A DNA stretch of 64,000 nucleotides from Candidatus Levyibacteriota bacterium (GTDB lineage Bacteria > Patescibacteriota > Microgenomatia > Levybacterales > UBA12049). Shown piece after piece: positions 37,167 through 46,504 of this stretch. The DNA lies in contig JBDRBE010000004.1 in NCBI GenBank assembly GCA_043823085.1, forward strand, positions 342,780 through 406,779. Direction: 5' to 3'. The notes under the pieces were generated by a model. That model saw only the letters and a list, made by a program, of their open reading frames with translations. It was not told the DNA's origin and did not search any database. Position 1 is the stretch's first letter. The number at the start of each line of letters is the position of its first letter. A program made the translations under genes and the position numbers.

Positions 37167-38429
37167 ATGTATAGAGGTGAAAAACTACAAGGTGAAACAT
37201 TAAGAAATCACTGTTTATCAAAGATTCAAAATGCTCTAAGAGAAGTTTGGGCTTTGCCGGAAGGGCAGGCTTTAGACTCTTCGACTATAAATGTTCTCCC
37301 GCTTAACATAAAAGGAGACAACGAAACAACTGAGTTCCTACGAAACCACATTATGAACAAAGTTATTGGTAAAATAATATTTGTCTGCGATCCAAGTCAA
37401 AGAGGTACAGGAAAATCTGTTGAATTGTCAGCGGAAACTCTTCGCTCAGAGGGTCTTTTTAACTATTTAGAAGAAGAACGATTAATTATTGCTACTGACT
37501 TCTTTCAAGGAATAAGAAGAATTATTCTTCCGGGTCTTTGGCGAAATTTAGATGGCGGTTGCTTTAATTCTTCTCGCGATGATGAATTTAGTAGCATCCC
37601 ATTTGGTAACATTGGTAACACAAAAGAACAGATCCTGCTAGATCCTGATTCAGTTTTAATCATTGCGGTAAATTCCGAAAACGAATTATTTTTTAACGCA
37701 GCCGGCATGCCAGATGGTTGGCAGGAAGCATTTCCAAAACCGCAAGAAAACCCAACCGCTGCCGCCGCATCCTCCCCCCCAGACACTGCTGATTCTACCC
37801 CGGCCATACCTGATGTTACAACAGCTCTCAATTATTTAAAAGAGCAGGTAGAACTGTATCTAAATGGAAAACGAGTTGCCGCCGAACAACCTCCAGATTC
37901 TCTTGACCAAATTTTGGCCGGTTTTGAAACTTTTTCCAAATATAAAGGCCCGGTAAAAGAGCTTAGAGACAAAAATGCAAGACTAGGTGTTTTGGCTGGG
38001 CGCGGAACCGAGGTCAGAATAGTCTCAAGCGAAAATTCAACAATAATTACTCTCTATGATTTAATGATAGATGAATTATCTAATCGTGAATGGGCTTGTC
38101 GCTACCAGACTCCTACTTTACAACAAATTAAATATTGTTTTTGCGGCGATAGAGAACATGATAACAGACAAAGATTTGGCAGATTAGTTATCGAAATACA
38201 AACCTTACCGGATGGAACCAAAGTTATTGATCCTAGAATTGAAGAATTTAACAAACATAACACAAAATATGAGGTAATAGAAGCTAGACGACTAGTAGCG
38301 CATCTAAAGACAAATGAATTTCTCGAACCTTTACTCTCTGAGATCAAACCTCATGAAAGAAGTGCTATCGTGGTACCTCGTCCTCGCCCCAGAACTCCTC
38401 GCCGCCCCAGAACTCATTTCTGGGAGTAA
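37167..38429 (+). CDS. hypothetical protein, paralog A of a three-member family
   Basis: Own promoter TTGACA-N17-TAATAT-N7-ATG at 37131-37166. Shares the central motif LL..FxxAAGMPDGWQEAFPK, a P/T/A-rich linker and the C-terminal domain (RLGVLAG..ITLYDL..CF..R.G.LVIEIQT) with the ORFs at 38471 and 39771. Confidence 0.5.
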   Translation: MYRGEKLQGETLRNHCLSKIQNALREVWALPEGQALDSSTINVLPLNIKGDNETTEFLRNHIMNKVIGKIIFVCDPSQRGTGKSVELSAETLRSEGLFNYLEEERLIIATDFFQGIRRIILPGLWRNLDGGCFNSSRDDEFSSIPFGNIGNTKEQILLDPDSVLIIAVNSENELFFNAAGMPDGWQEAFPKPQENPTAAAASSPPDTADSTPAIPDVTTALNYLKEQVELYLNGKRVAAEQPPDSLDQILAGFETFSKYKGPVKELRDKNARLGVLAGRGTEVRIVSSENSTIITLYDLMIDELSNREWACRYQTPTLQQIKYCFCGDREHDNRQRFGRLVIEIQTLPDGTKVIDPRIEEFNKHNTKYEVIEARRLVAHLKTNEFLEPLLSEIKPHERSAIVVPRPRPRTPRRPRTHFWE

Positions 38430-38470
38430 CCTTGACTCCCCTCTCCCGCTTGTGTTAATATCGCCAGCAT

Positions 38471-39457
38471 ATGGCAAACCCAAGAGAGGAAGAAAAACCT
38501 GTTCAACCATCGCTGGTTTATCAAATGAAAGCCACAATTTCAGGCGGTTTGCAAAACCTTGAAATGCTACCAGTGGGAGAAATTGTAGACCCAAAATTCA
38601 TTTACTTTCCCATGCTCATTATAGACGAAGATGCTTCTGAAATTTTAGGAGACAAAAAAATTCCGCTTGTCGTAGTTAAATTTCCAAAAAGCAATTATCA
38701 AGGGGAACTATTTGATTTATCAACCGAACACAATATTTGGGAGGATGAAGAAAGACTTAGGCTATATTGTTATTCAAACTCTAATACTCTAGTCATAGAC
38801 TTACAGCTTCCCAAATTAGTCGACGATGATGGCTACCAGGCCTCTTTTGACAGAGATGACGTTTATGGTGAAAACCCCAATGTTATAATGATTCCGGGGA
38901 CAATCGGAGCACCAGAAGATATTTTACTAGTTGCCTTGGACGGCGAAAGAATAGGCTGCACGACCGTCTTCTTTCCAGAAAACTGGAGAAAAGCTGTAAA
39001 AAATGGAGGACTGGATGAAGAAACGCCAACAGCAGATGATTTCGCTCCGCTAAATTTTTTTGCAGGAATCACGGAAACTCCACCCACGTGTGCAAAAATG
39101 ATTGAACCGACTCGTGAAGAAACTCCTAAACCAAAAAAGTCGGAGACTCTCCGAGATTTTGTGGCAAGACTTCAAGACGGCGAAAGCTTTCCCTTATTTA
39201 ACGTTCCTGGAATAGTTGTCGAAGAAGGGACAAGAGTGGCAGTTTTGGGGAAAAATCCTGGAACTGATATTAGATTCGTAAACAATGATAATTTTGTCAG
39301 GCTTACATTTTACGATTTAAATTTAGAAACAGTTTGGGAATTATCAAAAAAAGATGCCTTAAAACCAGATGATCTTTTATCTTGTTTCGAAAGAAATAAC
39401 CAAAGACAAGGTCAACTGATTATAGAAATAAAAAAAACAGAGGAAGGTATCTCTTGA
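38471..39457 (+). CDS. hypothetical protein, paralog B
   Basis: Promoter TTGACT-N18-TAATAT-N9-ATG at 38432-38470. Motif FFPENWRKAVKNGG. C-terminus RVAVLGK..LTFYDL..CFERNNQRQGQLIIEIKKT. Confidence 0.5.
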   Translation: MANPREEEKPVQPSLVYQMKATISGGLQNLEMLPVGEIVDPKFIYFPMLIIDEDASEILGDKKIPLVVVKFPKSNYQGELFDLSTEHNIWEDEERLRLYCYSNSNTLVIDLQLPKLVDDDGYQASFDRDDVYGENPNVIMIPGTIGAPEDILLVALDGERIGCTTVFFPENWRKAVKNGGLDEETPTADDFAPLNFFAGITETPPTCAKMIEPTREETPKPKKSETLRDFVARLQDGESFPLFNVPGIVVEEGTRVAVLGKNPGTDIRFVNNDNFVRLTFYDLNLETVWELSKKDALKPDDLLSCFERNNQRQGQLIIEIKKTEEGIS

Positions 39458-39770
39458 AAAGATGTTATAAGAGAATTAAATGCGGCAACGATTTGGGAAG
39501 ATACATTTATTCCGGCATTAAATTTAACTGTCTGCACCCGCGAAGGCCTGACTAACCTTTTATCGAAAATGGCACCTCCTTCCCCACCAGATTATTGGGA
39601 ACAACGCGCTTTTGAAAAACAGGTTCAAAAGGATTTGGGAGAAATAAGACGTGAAGAAGAAGCAAGAGAACGGAGACGATTTAGACCTCCTCAAAGAGGA
39701 TACCGCAGACATTGGTAACAAACTAATCCACCTTGACGGCAAAAATAACTTGTGCTAATATCCCTTCCAT

Positions 39771-40955
39771 ATGATTCAACTAGCCGAAAGAGGGCTTGAT
39801 ACTGGGGTTTCCCAAGAACACAATCCTCAACAGATAAGGACAGAGTGCGTCAATCGCATAGAAAGCACCTTAAGGAGAATAGGCTCATTATCAAAAGAAC
39901 ACATAAAACCTTCCGATATTTCTGCGCCTCCCATAACTTACAGCAATTCATTAAAAGCTTTTGCTAATCTTAACTGCCCGGTATTGACAGAAACCGGCTT
40001 GATAATTATGCATCAACCCGCTAAAAAATCAAACAAAGACGGACAATCTGTCTGCTTAACAACAAGGATATTAGCAACGAAAGATTCGCCAACACGCGTA
40101 AGGGTTGATACTCAAGGTTTTCTCACTAAACGATATAATCTTACTCTGCCGCCTTTAGAGGCTAATCTATTGGCGTGGGAATTTCGCGTAAACAAAGCTG
40201 ATGAAAGCGGAGATTTCGAAGGGGATATGGACAATAATGCTCCTTTGGGCAAAAAAGATGGTCGTGAGCAAGTTTTATTAATTGTTATTAAACCTAAAGG
40301 CAAACATCTTCTTACATCTGTTTTAATGCCAAAAAATTGGCGTGAAGCATTCAATAAAAATGGACAGCTCATACCTCTTGAACCAAAAAAAGTAGAAGCC
40401 CCCGCCGTCCCCGCCTCTGCTGCAATTATTCACACAGAAACACCAACACCTACTACTGTATTTTCCGCGACATCGCCTACAGAGAGAGAAAAACCAAAAC
40501 TGATTTCCACTTTTACCCAACTCTTGGCCACGCTTGAACAATGTTCAAGAGAAACCGCTAAAAATAGAAACCGAAGAGCTGTGTTAGAGGGCCCAAATAC
40601 TAATGTATCAACTTCCAAAGATCCAAAAAACCCGGGAATGATTTGTACTTTTCATGGCCTCTCTCGAAATGATGCTTTACAACTCATCCGGAATACATAT
40701 CCAGACATAAATGACCTCATACATTGTTTTTCCAAAACTACGAATGTAAATGACAGCCTGGTTATTAAGTTTACAAAAGATCCAAGAGCAGACAATTTTG
40801 GAGTGACTTTTGCAATTAGGTCCCCGAGAAAGGCAAATAGCATACGAGCCAAAAATTCACGACAGATAGTTGGAAAAATCAGTCTTATCTTAGAAAGACA
40901 AGTTCTCTCTGACTTTCTTTCTCACCTAAAACCACCCAGCGGAGGGAAAAACTAA
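39771..40955 (+). CDS. hypothetical protein, paralog C
   Basis: Promoter TTGACG-N17-TAATAT-N9-ATG at 39733-39770. Motif LMPKNWREAFNKNG. C-terminal homology to A and B. Confidence 0.5.
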   Translation: MIQLAERGLDTGVSQEHNPQQIRTECVNRIESTLRRIGSLSKEHIKPSDISAPPITYSNSLKAFANLNCPVLTETGLIIMHQPAKKSNKDGQSVCLTTRILATKDSPTRVRVDTQGFLTKRYNLTLPPLEANLLAWEFRVNKADESGDFEGDMDNNAPLGKKDGREQVLLIVIKPKGKHLLTSVLMPKNWREAFNKNGQLIPLEPKKVEAPAVPASAAIIHTETPTPTTVFSATSPTEREKPKLISTFTQLLATLEQCSRETAKNRNRRAVLEGPNTNVSTSKDPKNPGMICTFHGLSRNDALQLIRNTYPDINDLIHCFSKTTNVNDSLVIKFTKDPRADNFGVTFAIRSPRKANSIRAKNSRQIVGKISLILERQVLSDFLSHLKPPSGGKN

Positions 40956-40957
40956 TT

Positions 40958-41521
40958 ATGGCAGCACCACAAGAAGCACCAAAAAAAAATTGTATTTCAG
41001 AAGGAATTTCTCCAGCAAGTCTTTTTTTAGCGGAAGTTACAAGTTCATTTGGAGGCCCGATTAATGCAAGGCAAATTTGTAACCCAGAACTAAAATGCAA
41101 TTCTGCTACCGATATAAGACTTTGTCGAACACACGGTGTCGGTCAATTACCTGAAATAATTGTAATCTCTTCCGATTTAAAAGAAATAAATGAATCAGAA
41201 AACAATTCCTTATCTGTTTTTGTTACGTATGTTAATGAGTTTTGTATTGATCTCTCGGGTTGTCTAGCTAAAAGAACTCCCTTAATTAAACTAGATCTTA
41301 TCGTAAGACGCGATGAAGTTTTTTTTCAATTAGCAAGAATTCGCGATACTTCTTGGATAAGAATTTTACCGGAGGGTAGAATCTGTTTTTCAAGCAAGGG
41401 AACGGTTTTAGGAATAAAAGAAGACTCTGGTAAATTTACAATTTCAGCAATTGATATTGATCCTTTATTGATTGAAGAGGTTTTTGACTACGATGGCAAA
41501 CTAGATCTTTCTGAAAATTAA
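40958..41521 (+). CDS. hypothetical Cys-containing protein, probably co-transcribed with paralog C
   Basis: Starts 3 nt after the stop of C. No recognisable domain. Confidence 0.4.
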   Translation: MAAPQEAPKKNCISEGISPASLFLAEVTSSFGGPINARQICNPELKCNSATDIRLCRTHGVGQLPEIIVISSDLKEINESENNSLSVFVTYVNEFCIDLSGCLAKRTPLIKLDLIVRRDEVFFQLARIRDTSWIRILPEGRICFSSKGTVLGIKEDSGKFTISAIDIDPLLIEEVFDYDGKLDLSEN

Positions 41522-42150
41522 TACTCACTCCTTCCTTCCATGGCGCGTTGGAGAGTTAATTCGTCGGCGTATTCAATATCTGAACCGGTGGGCAGTCCCC
41601 TGCCAATTCGTGTTATTGTTAATTGTTGATTGTTGATTGTTGATTGTTGGCGAAGTTGCTTCGCCAAGTACATCGCCGTCGCCTCCCCTTCCATGGTCGG
41701 ATTCGTCGCCAGTATTATCTCGCGGACTAATGCTGAACTCGAACGCGGAACCGCGCCGACTCGCTCTAGCAGTTGGTGAATATAAATTTCATCCGGGCCG
41801 ATATTGTTGAGCGGATCAATCCTCCCATGGAGGACATGATAAACGCCGTTATACCTGCCGTTTTTTTCCAGCGCCAAAACATCCAAGGGCTCTTCAACCA
41901 CACAAATAGTTGAATCATCTCTTTTCTCATCAGAACAAATATTACAGGGGTCTTGCTCCCCTATCATAAAACATTTCGAACATAAGACCGTATCTTTTTT
42001 CAAATTGATAATAGATGAAGAAAATCTATCCAGTTCACCTTGAGGAACATGCAGTAAATAAAATGTTAGCCTCTGCGCTGTTTTTGGCCCAATTCCCGGC
42101 AGTCTTTCAAAGGACTCAATCAAATTCGCAATTGCTTTTGGGACTCTCAT
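41518..42150 (-). CDS. recR: recombination protein RecR, carrying an in-frame heptamer-repeat insertion
   Basis: HhH segment GIGPKTAQRL. C4 zinc finger CSKCFMIGEQDPCNIC. Toprim domain. (ATTGTTG)x5 at 41615-41649 encodes QQSTINNQQLT. Confidence 0.85.
   Translation of the reverse strand: MRVPKAIANLIESFERLPGIGPKTAQRLTFYLLHVPQGELDRFSSSIINLKKDTVLCSKCFMIGEQDPCNICSDEKRDDSTICVVEEPLDVLALEKNGRYNGVYHVLHGRIDPLNNIGPDEIYIHQLLERVGAVPRSSSALVREIILATNPTMEGEATAMYLAKQLRQQSTINNQQLTITRIGRGLPTGSDIEYADELTLQRAMEGRSEY
41615..41649. repeat. ATTGTTG heptamer tandem repeat (x5) inside the recR coding sequence
   Basis: Seen directly in the sequence. The same repeat is inside proS at 49581-49615. Confidence 0.7.
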
Positions 42151-42295
42151 ATTGGAATTCTTGAAGTCAGATTTCCTTGACGTTTTTGATCTTGATTCGT
42201 CAGCTGACGAATTGAAGTCTTGAAGTCTTGATATCTAGAAATCAAATTATCAAGAAATCAAGTTCAAGAAAATCCCACTTCTATCTTCAATGATT
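42151..42295. repeat. palindromic intergenic element (CAGCTG core, TCAAGAAAATCCCACTTCT terminus)
   Basis: Between recR and prs. Confidence 0.6.
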
Positions 42296-43255
42296 CTATT
42301 TTTTTATTTCTTCGGCGATAATATCAGCGACTGTTAGAATTTGCAGTTTGGGAAATCTTTTTTCTCTTGGACAATAAACCGTATCTGTCACAAAAAATTT
42401 CTTCACTGCCGATTTTTGCAAAATTTTTGGCGCACTCTTTGAAAATACTGAATGCGTCACAAAAACATAAACTTCCTTTATCCCCAATTTTCGGAGAAGT
42501 TTTGTCGCGGTAATTATTGTTCCTCCAGATGAAATCATATCATCAACAATAAACGCCCTTTTAATTTGCTTTAAACTGATATTTTCCAAACCCTCAATTT
42601 TATCTGCTGTCACTTGTCCGGTTTCCAAATTTCTGCTTTTGACAATCGCGCCAAAAAACATATCATTTAACATTTGCGAAAGCAATTTTATCCGTCTTAA
42701 TCCTCCCATATCCGGTGAAATCAAAAGGCTCTGCGAATTATTCCATTTATTTTTTTTAATTGTTTTGGCAAAAAGAGAAAGCGCAGAAAGATGAATAATC
42801 GGCATATGAAAAAGCTCGGGAATTTTAATAGAGTGGAGGTCAAAACAGATAAGTTTATCCATCCCCATCGCTTCTAAAGTTTTGATAATAACTTCCAAAG
42901 ACACCGCCTCGCCTGTTCTAAAAAGATGATCCTGCCTTTGATAACCAAGATACGGAATAACAGCGGTAATTGATTTTGCGCCGCTTCTTCTTAGAGCATC
43001 GACAATAAAAAAAAGCTCCATGTAATTTTGGTCAACAGGCGTACAGCAACTTTGCAAAACAACGCATTTTTGGTCTAAAACTTTGTCAATAATTCGAACG
43101 CGTTTTTCGCCGTCCGGGAAGATATATATTTCCAGAGGTGTTGGACTTGTGCTTAATTTACCTGCGAGTTTTTTTCCAAGTGTCTTACTGGAACTACCGC
43201 TTATAATCTTCACAACAGTTATTGTACTATGTGTCGAAAAAAAATCAATAAGCAA
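42296..43255 (-). CDS. prs: ribose-phosphate pyrophosphokinase
   Basis: PRPP synthetase motifs (DLHS, VDDMISSGGTI). Confidence 0.9.
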   Translation of the reverse strand: MLIDFFSTHSTITVVKIISGSSSKTLGKKLAGKLSTSPTPLEIYIFPDGEKRVRIIDKVLDQKCVVLQSCCTPVDQNYMELFFIVDALRRSGAKSITAVIPYLGYQRQDHLFRTGEAVSLEVIIKTLEAMGMDKLICFDLHSIKIPELFHMPIIHLSALSLFAKTIKKNKWNNSQSLLISPDMGGLRRIKLLSQMLNDMFFGAIVKSRNLETGQVTADKIEGLENISLKQIKRAFIVDDMISSGGTIITATKLLRKLGIKEVYVFVTHSVFSKSAPKILQKSAVKKFFVTDTVYCPREKRFPKLQILTVADIIAEEIKK

Positions 43256-43543
43256 TTAACGCCCAAGTAGTCCTCCGAGTCCTCCGCCCATTTGGGAAAG
43301 TTTACGTGCTGCCACTTCTTGGGACTTTTTAATGGCTTCGTTAACCGCCTCTTTAATATCGTTATCGGACTTTCCATTTGACGATAATTCTTTTATTTTT
43401 TGATCGCCGCTTATTACGACATTAACGCCATTTTTTTCAACCGTAACTTCTTCTCCTTGAAGCTGTTTTTGAATTTCCATGGCCTGATCGCGCATTTTCT
43501 TTAAATCGCCTAATTGTTGAAATGGATTCATCATAAAAATCAC
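43256..43543 (-). CDS. ybaB: nucleoid-associated protein YbaB/EbfC
   Basis: 95 aa. Matches the family (QQLGDLKKMRDQAMEIQKQLQ). The canonical dnaX-ybaB-recR order is partly kept. Confidence 0.8.
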   Translation of the reverse strand: MIFMMNPFQQLGDLKKMRDQAMEIQKQLQGEEVTVEKNGVNVVISGDQKIKELSSNGKSDNDIKEAVNEAIKKSQEVAARKLSQMGGGLGGLLGR

Positions 43544-43704
43544 CCCCTACTGTTTAGATTTCTTGACGTGAGATATTTTTGATATTCTTGATCTTGATTC
43601 GTCAGCTGACGAATTGAAGTCTTGAAATCTTGATATCTTGAGTTCAAGAAATCAAAAATTCAAGTTCAAGAAAATCCCACTTCTCACTTCAAAAATTCTA
43701 ATTA
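43544..43704. repeat. palindromic intergenic element, the fullest copy (TTGACGTGAGATA ... TTCGTCAGCTGACGAA ... GTTCAAGAAAATCCCACTTCTCACTTCAA)
   Basis: Between ybaB and dnaX. Confidence 0.6.
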
Positions 43705-45249
43705 CTATTTCTGTTTTAGTGAAATTGAAACGTCGATTGGGCTTCCTATAATTTGTTTACAAACCTTTTCTATAATATCACGAGTTTTTCTTTCTTCCAA
43801 GCGCTCTTTATGAAACTTATATCCGGCTTCTATGGCAAGATTTTTCCCGTCAAAACTTTTTAAAGTACATCCTCTTAGAACTCCTGCCACCGAATGATTG
43901 TAGGGCTTGACCAAATCAATAAGCTGTTTTAGGACATTTTTTTCGTCAAATATTCCGGGTTGATTAATCGCAGGATTCGATAACACTTCTTCTTTCTCCA
44001 CCTTTTTGTCGCGGAAAGACGCAGAACCGGACGCCAAACTACGCTGACTTTGAACATCTTGGTTTTGATTATTAGTTTCGCGTTTTTCTGCATTTTGTTC
44101 CGCATTCTTCTGCGCCTGTATTCCCCACTCCACAATTGCAATTTCAAGCGGCAATTGCGGCAGGACCGCATATTTTATTTCTCCATACGCCTTTGCCAAA
44201 ATTTCAATCAAAGACTTAATTTCATTAAGTTCTAAATTATAAGTTACAAGTCCTAAGTTATTTTCTACACCGACTTTTGATAATAAATTTAAATGCAGTT
44301 GGGAAATCATTTCTGATATAAAATATTTAACATCTATCCCCTCTTTTGTAATTCTTGATACCAATTCTAAGCTTTTTTTAGTGTCTTTTTTAGAAAGATA
44401 GTCCAACATCTTTGATACTTGATACTTGATACTTGATACTTGATATTTCTCCTCCACCAATTCTTTGGTAATCTTTTTTTTATTGGACATTAAAACAAGT
44501 TCTTCTAAGATTTTTACACCGTCGCGAAAACTGCCGTCGGACAATGAGGCAATATATTTTAGTTCTTCTTTTTCTATTGGAATATTTTCCTCTTTGGCAA
44601 TCCGCGAGAATGAACGCAGAAGTTCTTCTTGGGTCGCTCTCTTAAAAGAAATATGAAAACAACGCGAAAGGATAGTCGCCGGAACTTTTTGCGGTTCCGT
44701 GGTACAAAGAATAAAAACAGCATGACTCGGCGGCTCTTCTAAAGTTTTTAAAAGCGCATTAAAAGCTTCTGTGGTCAACATGTGAACTTCATCAATAATG
44801 TAAACTTTTTTAGAAGCCAGAGCAGGCGAAAGCCGTATTTTCTCACGCAAATCTCTTATCTCATCAATCCCTCTATTTGATGCTCCGTCTATTTCCAAAA
44901 CATCTAAATTTGTGCCATTAGTAATAGATTTACATTGCAAGCATTTATTACAAGGCTCAATACTAGCATCTAGCGTATACCTGCCTGCCGGCAAGGCAGG
45001 GCGTTTAGCGTTTAGTTTTTTTTCTTTTGAACTAGACACTAATTTATTAGACGCTAGACGCTCGCAATTGAGGATTTTTGCGACAATTCTGGCGGTTGAA
45101 GTTTTTCCAAGTCCTTTAGGTCCGGTAAAAAGAAAAGCGTGTTGTTCTGATTTTTGATCGCCGGAAAAAACAGCGGTTAATTTTTCTCTAATTTCTTGAC
45201 TATCAAGATCTTTAATTTTTTGCGGCCGATATTTTCGATAATAAACCAT
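43705..45249 (-). CDS. dnaX: DNA polymerase III subunit gamma/tau, carrying two in-frame repeat insertions
   Basis: AAA+ Walker A GPKGLGKTS and sensor motifs. (CTTGATA)x5 at 44410-44447 encodes SIKYQVSSIKYQVS. An ACGCTA-word block at 45001-45070 lies inside the Zn module, between NCE and EPCNKCLQC. Confidence 0.85.
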   Translation of the reverse strand: MVYYRKYRPQKIKDLDSQEIREKLTAVFSGDQKSEQHAFLFTGPKGLGKTSTARIVAKILNCERLASNKLVSSSKEKKLNAKRPALPAGRYTLDASIEPCNKCLQCKSITNGTNLDVLEIDGASNRGIDEIRDLREKIRLSPALASKKVYIIDEVHMLTTEAFNALLKTLEEPPSHAVFILCTTEPQKVPATILSRCFHISFKRATQEELLRSFSRIAKEENIPIEKEELKYIASLSDGSFRDGVKILEELVLMSNKKKITKELVEEKYQVSSIKYQVSKMLDYLSKKDTKKSLELVSRITKEGIDVKYFISEMISQLHLNLLSKVGVENNLGLVTYNLELNEIKSLIEILAKAYGEIKYAVLPQLPLEIAIVEWGIQAQKNAEQNAEKRETNNQNQDVQSQRSLASGSASFRDKKVEKEEVLSNPAINQPGIFDEKNVLKQLIDLVKPYNHSVAGVLRGCTLKSFDGKNLAIEAGYKFHKERLEERKTRDIIEKVCKQIIGSPIDVSISLKQK

Positions 45250-45325
45250 AAACTAAAAATTTCTAAGTTCTAATTTCTAATTGACCTAAATAATTTAGAA
45301 ATTAGGTTAATTAGGTTAATTTTTA

Positions 45326-45715
45326 TTATTCCTCATGATGTATTCCTAATAAATGTAATAGGCCATGTTGCACCAATTCGTCGATTTTTTCGTCAACAAG
45401 GACCTCTTCGAGTGCCGCTTCTTGGATAACTTTTGGATAAGAAACTACAACGTCGCCCAATCGAAGTGTGTCTGTTGGCAAAACCCCTGCTTCTCCCTCG
45501 TTTAGAGAAAAAGACAACACATTGGTCGCCATATCTTTTCCTTTATATTTTTTATTGAGGCTTCTCATTTTTCGGTTTCCAACAATTGCGACCGAAACCT
45601 CTGCCGGCCCAACAACTCCCTGCTCTTTTAATAAAGTTTTTACAGCAGTTGTAATGCGTTTGCGGTTGACCTGATATCTTGATTCAACGAAAATTAAAAT
45701 CTTAAAATTGTCCAT
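45326..45715 (-). CDS. ybeY: rRNA maturation endoribonuclease YbeY
   Basis: Metal-binding motif HGLLHLLGIHHEE. Confidence 0.75.
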   Translation of the reverse strand: MDNFKILIFVESRYQVNRKRITTAVKTLLKEQGVVGPAEVSVAIVGNRKMRSLNKKYKGKDMATNVLSFSLNEGEAGVLPTDTLRLGDVVVSYPKVIQEAALEEVLVDEKIDELVQHGLLHLLGIHHEE

Positions 45716-45893
45716 AAGCCCTTTTTGCCGCTCTTCTGGCATCTTCTTTTTTCTGCTTTCGGGCTAAAGATGGTTTAAGATAAAATCCTCGTCTTTTTGC
45801 TTCCTGCAAAATTCCTTCTGCCATTACTTTTCTGGAGAATTTACGAATAAGTCCTTCGTCGCTATCTCCAGGCATTTTTTTAACAATTACCAT
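45702..45893 (-). CDS. rpsU: ribosomal protein S21
   Basis: N-terminus MVIVKKMPGDSDEGLIRKFSRKV. Basic C-terminus. Likely start at 45893. Confidence 0.7.
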   Translation of the reverse strand: MVIVKKMPGDSDEGLIRKFSRKVMAEGILQEAKRRGFYLKPSLARKQKKEDARRAAKRAYGQF

Positions 45894-46183
45894 AATAAAA
45901 AACACCCCCTCCGAAAATACTACCAATCTTCAATATCTCAATAAAGGCGAGGAAACAAATTTTCGCAAGTTGCGAAGAATCATCAAAGACTTTCAAGGTT
46001 ATATGAGATACTAATAACGCAACCAATATCCAATAATCTAAAAAGAACCGGCGACAAGAAAATTTTGTTTCCGAGCCGTTTAAATTTCTCTATATATGAC
46101 CTGTGCTAGATGTCTCGTTCTATTCTACTCCAAGAAGTCAGCGGTGTAAATAGCCCGAAGTATTTTCTTTTAATGTGAGACAG

Positions 46184-46390
46184 TCAGTCTTTTAAAGGCG
46201 GCCGCATTCCAAGAGAGATATGCGGTCGTTTCTTGCGATAGTATACCAGATAATTCTCAACCTCTTTGGTTAAAACAGGTAATTCTTTTAATTTATATTT
46301 TGTCCAACCTAAACATTCCTTTCTCAAGCTCCTGTTAAAACTCTCAATAAGTATCTGCCGGAAAGGTCTTGAAAAGCCATAACCGTTCAA
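46184..46390 (-). pseudogene. C-terminal remnant of a DDE (rve) transposase, IS3/IS481-like
   Basis: ESFNRSLRKEC...YYRKKRPHISLG matches the conserved end of the integrase core domain. Only about 65 aa remain. Confidence 0.55.
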
Positions 46391-46504
46391 TAAAACCTTT
46401 CTAATTAAAAGTATATCAGAAAATTTTCGACGAAAAATTCAAAGGACCAAAGACTCAAAGAAACTAAAATCCAAAAACGAAGTGTCAAAAAATTCAAGAA
46501 CTAA

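Noticed and set aside
42151-42295. Could the TCAAGA/GATATC word arrays in the intergenic elements be a CRISPR array?
   Set aside because: There is no regular repeat-spacer periodicity. The units are imperfect and palindromic around a CAGCTG centre. The copies are dispersed singly between genes, and no cas genes are present.
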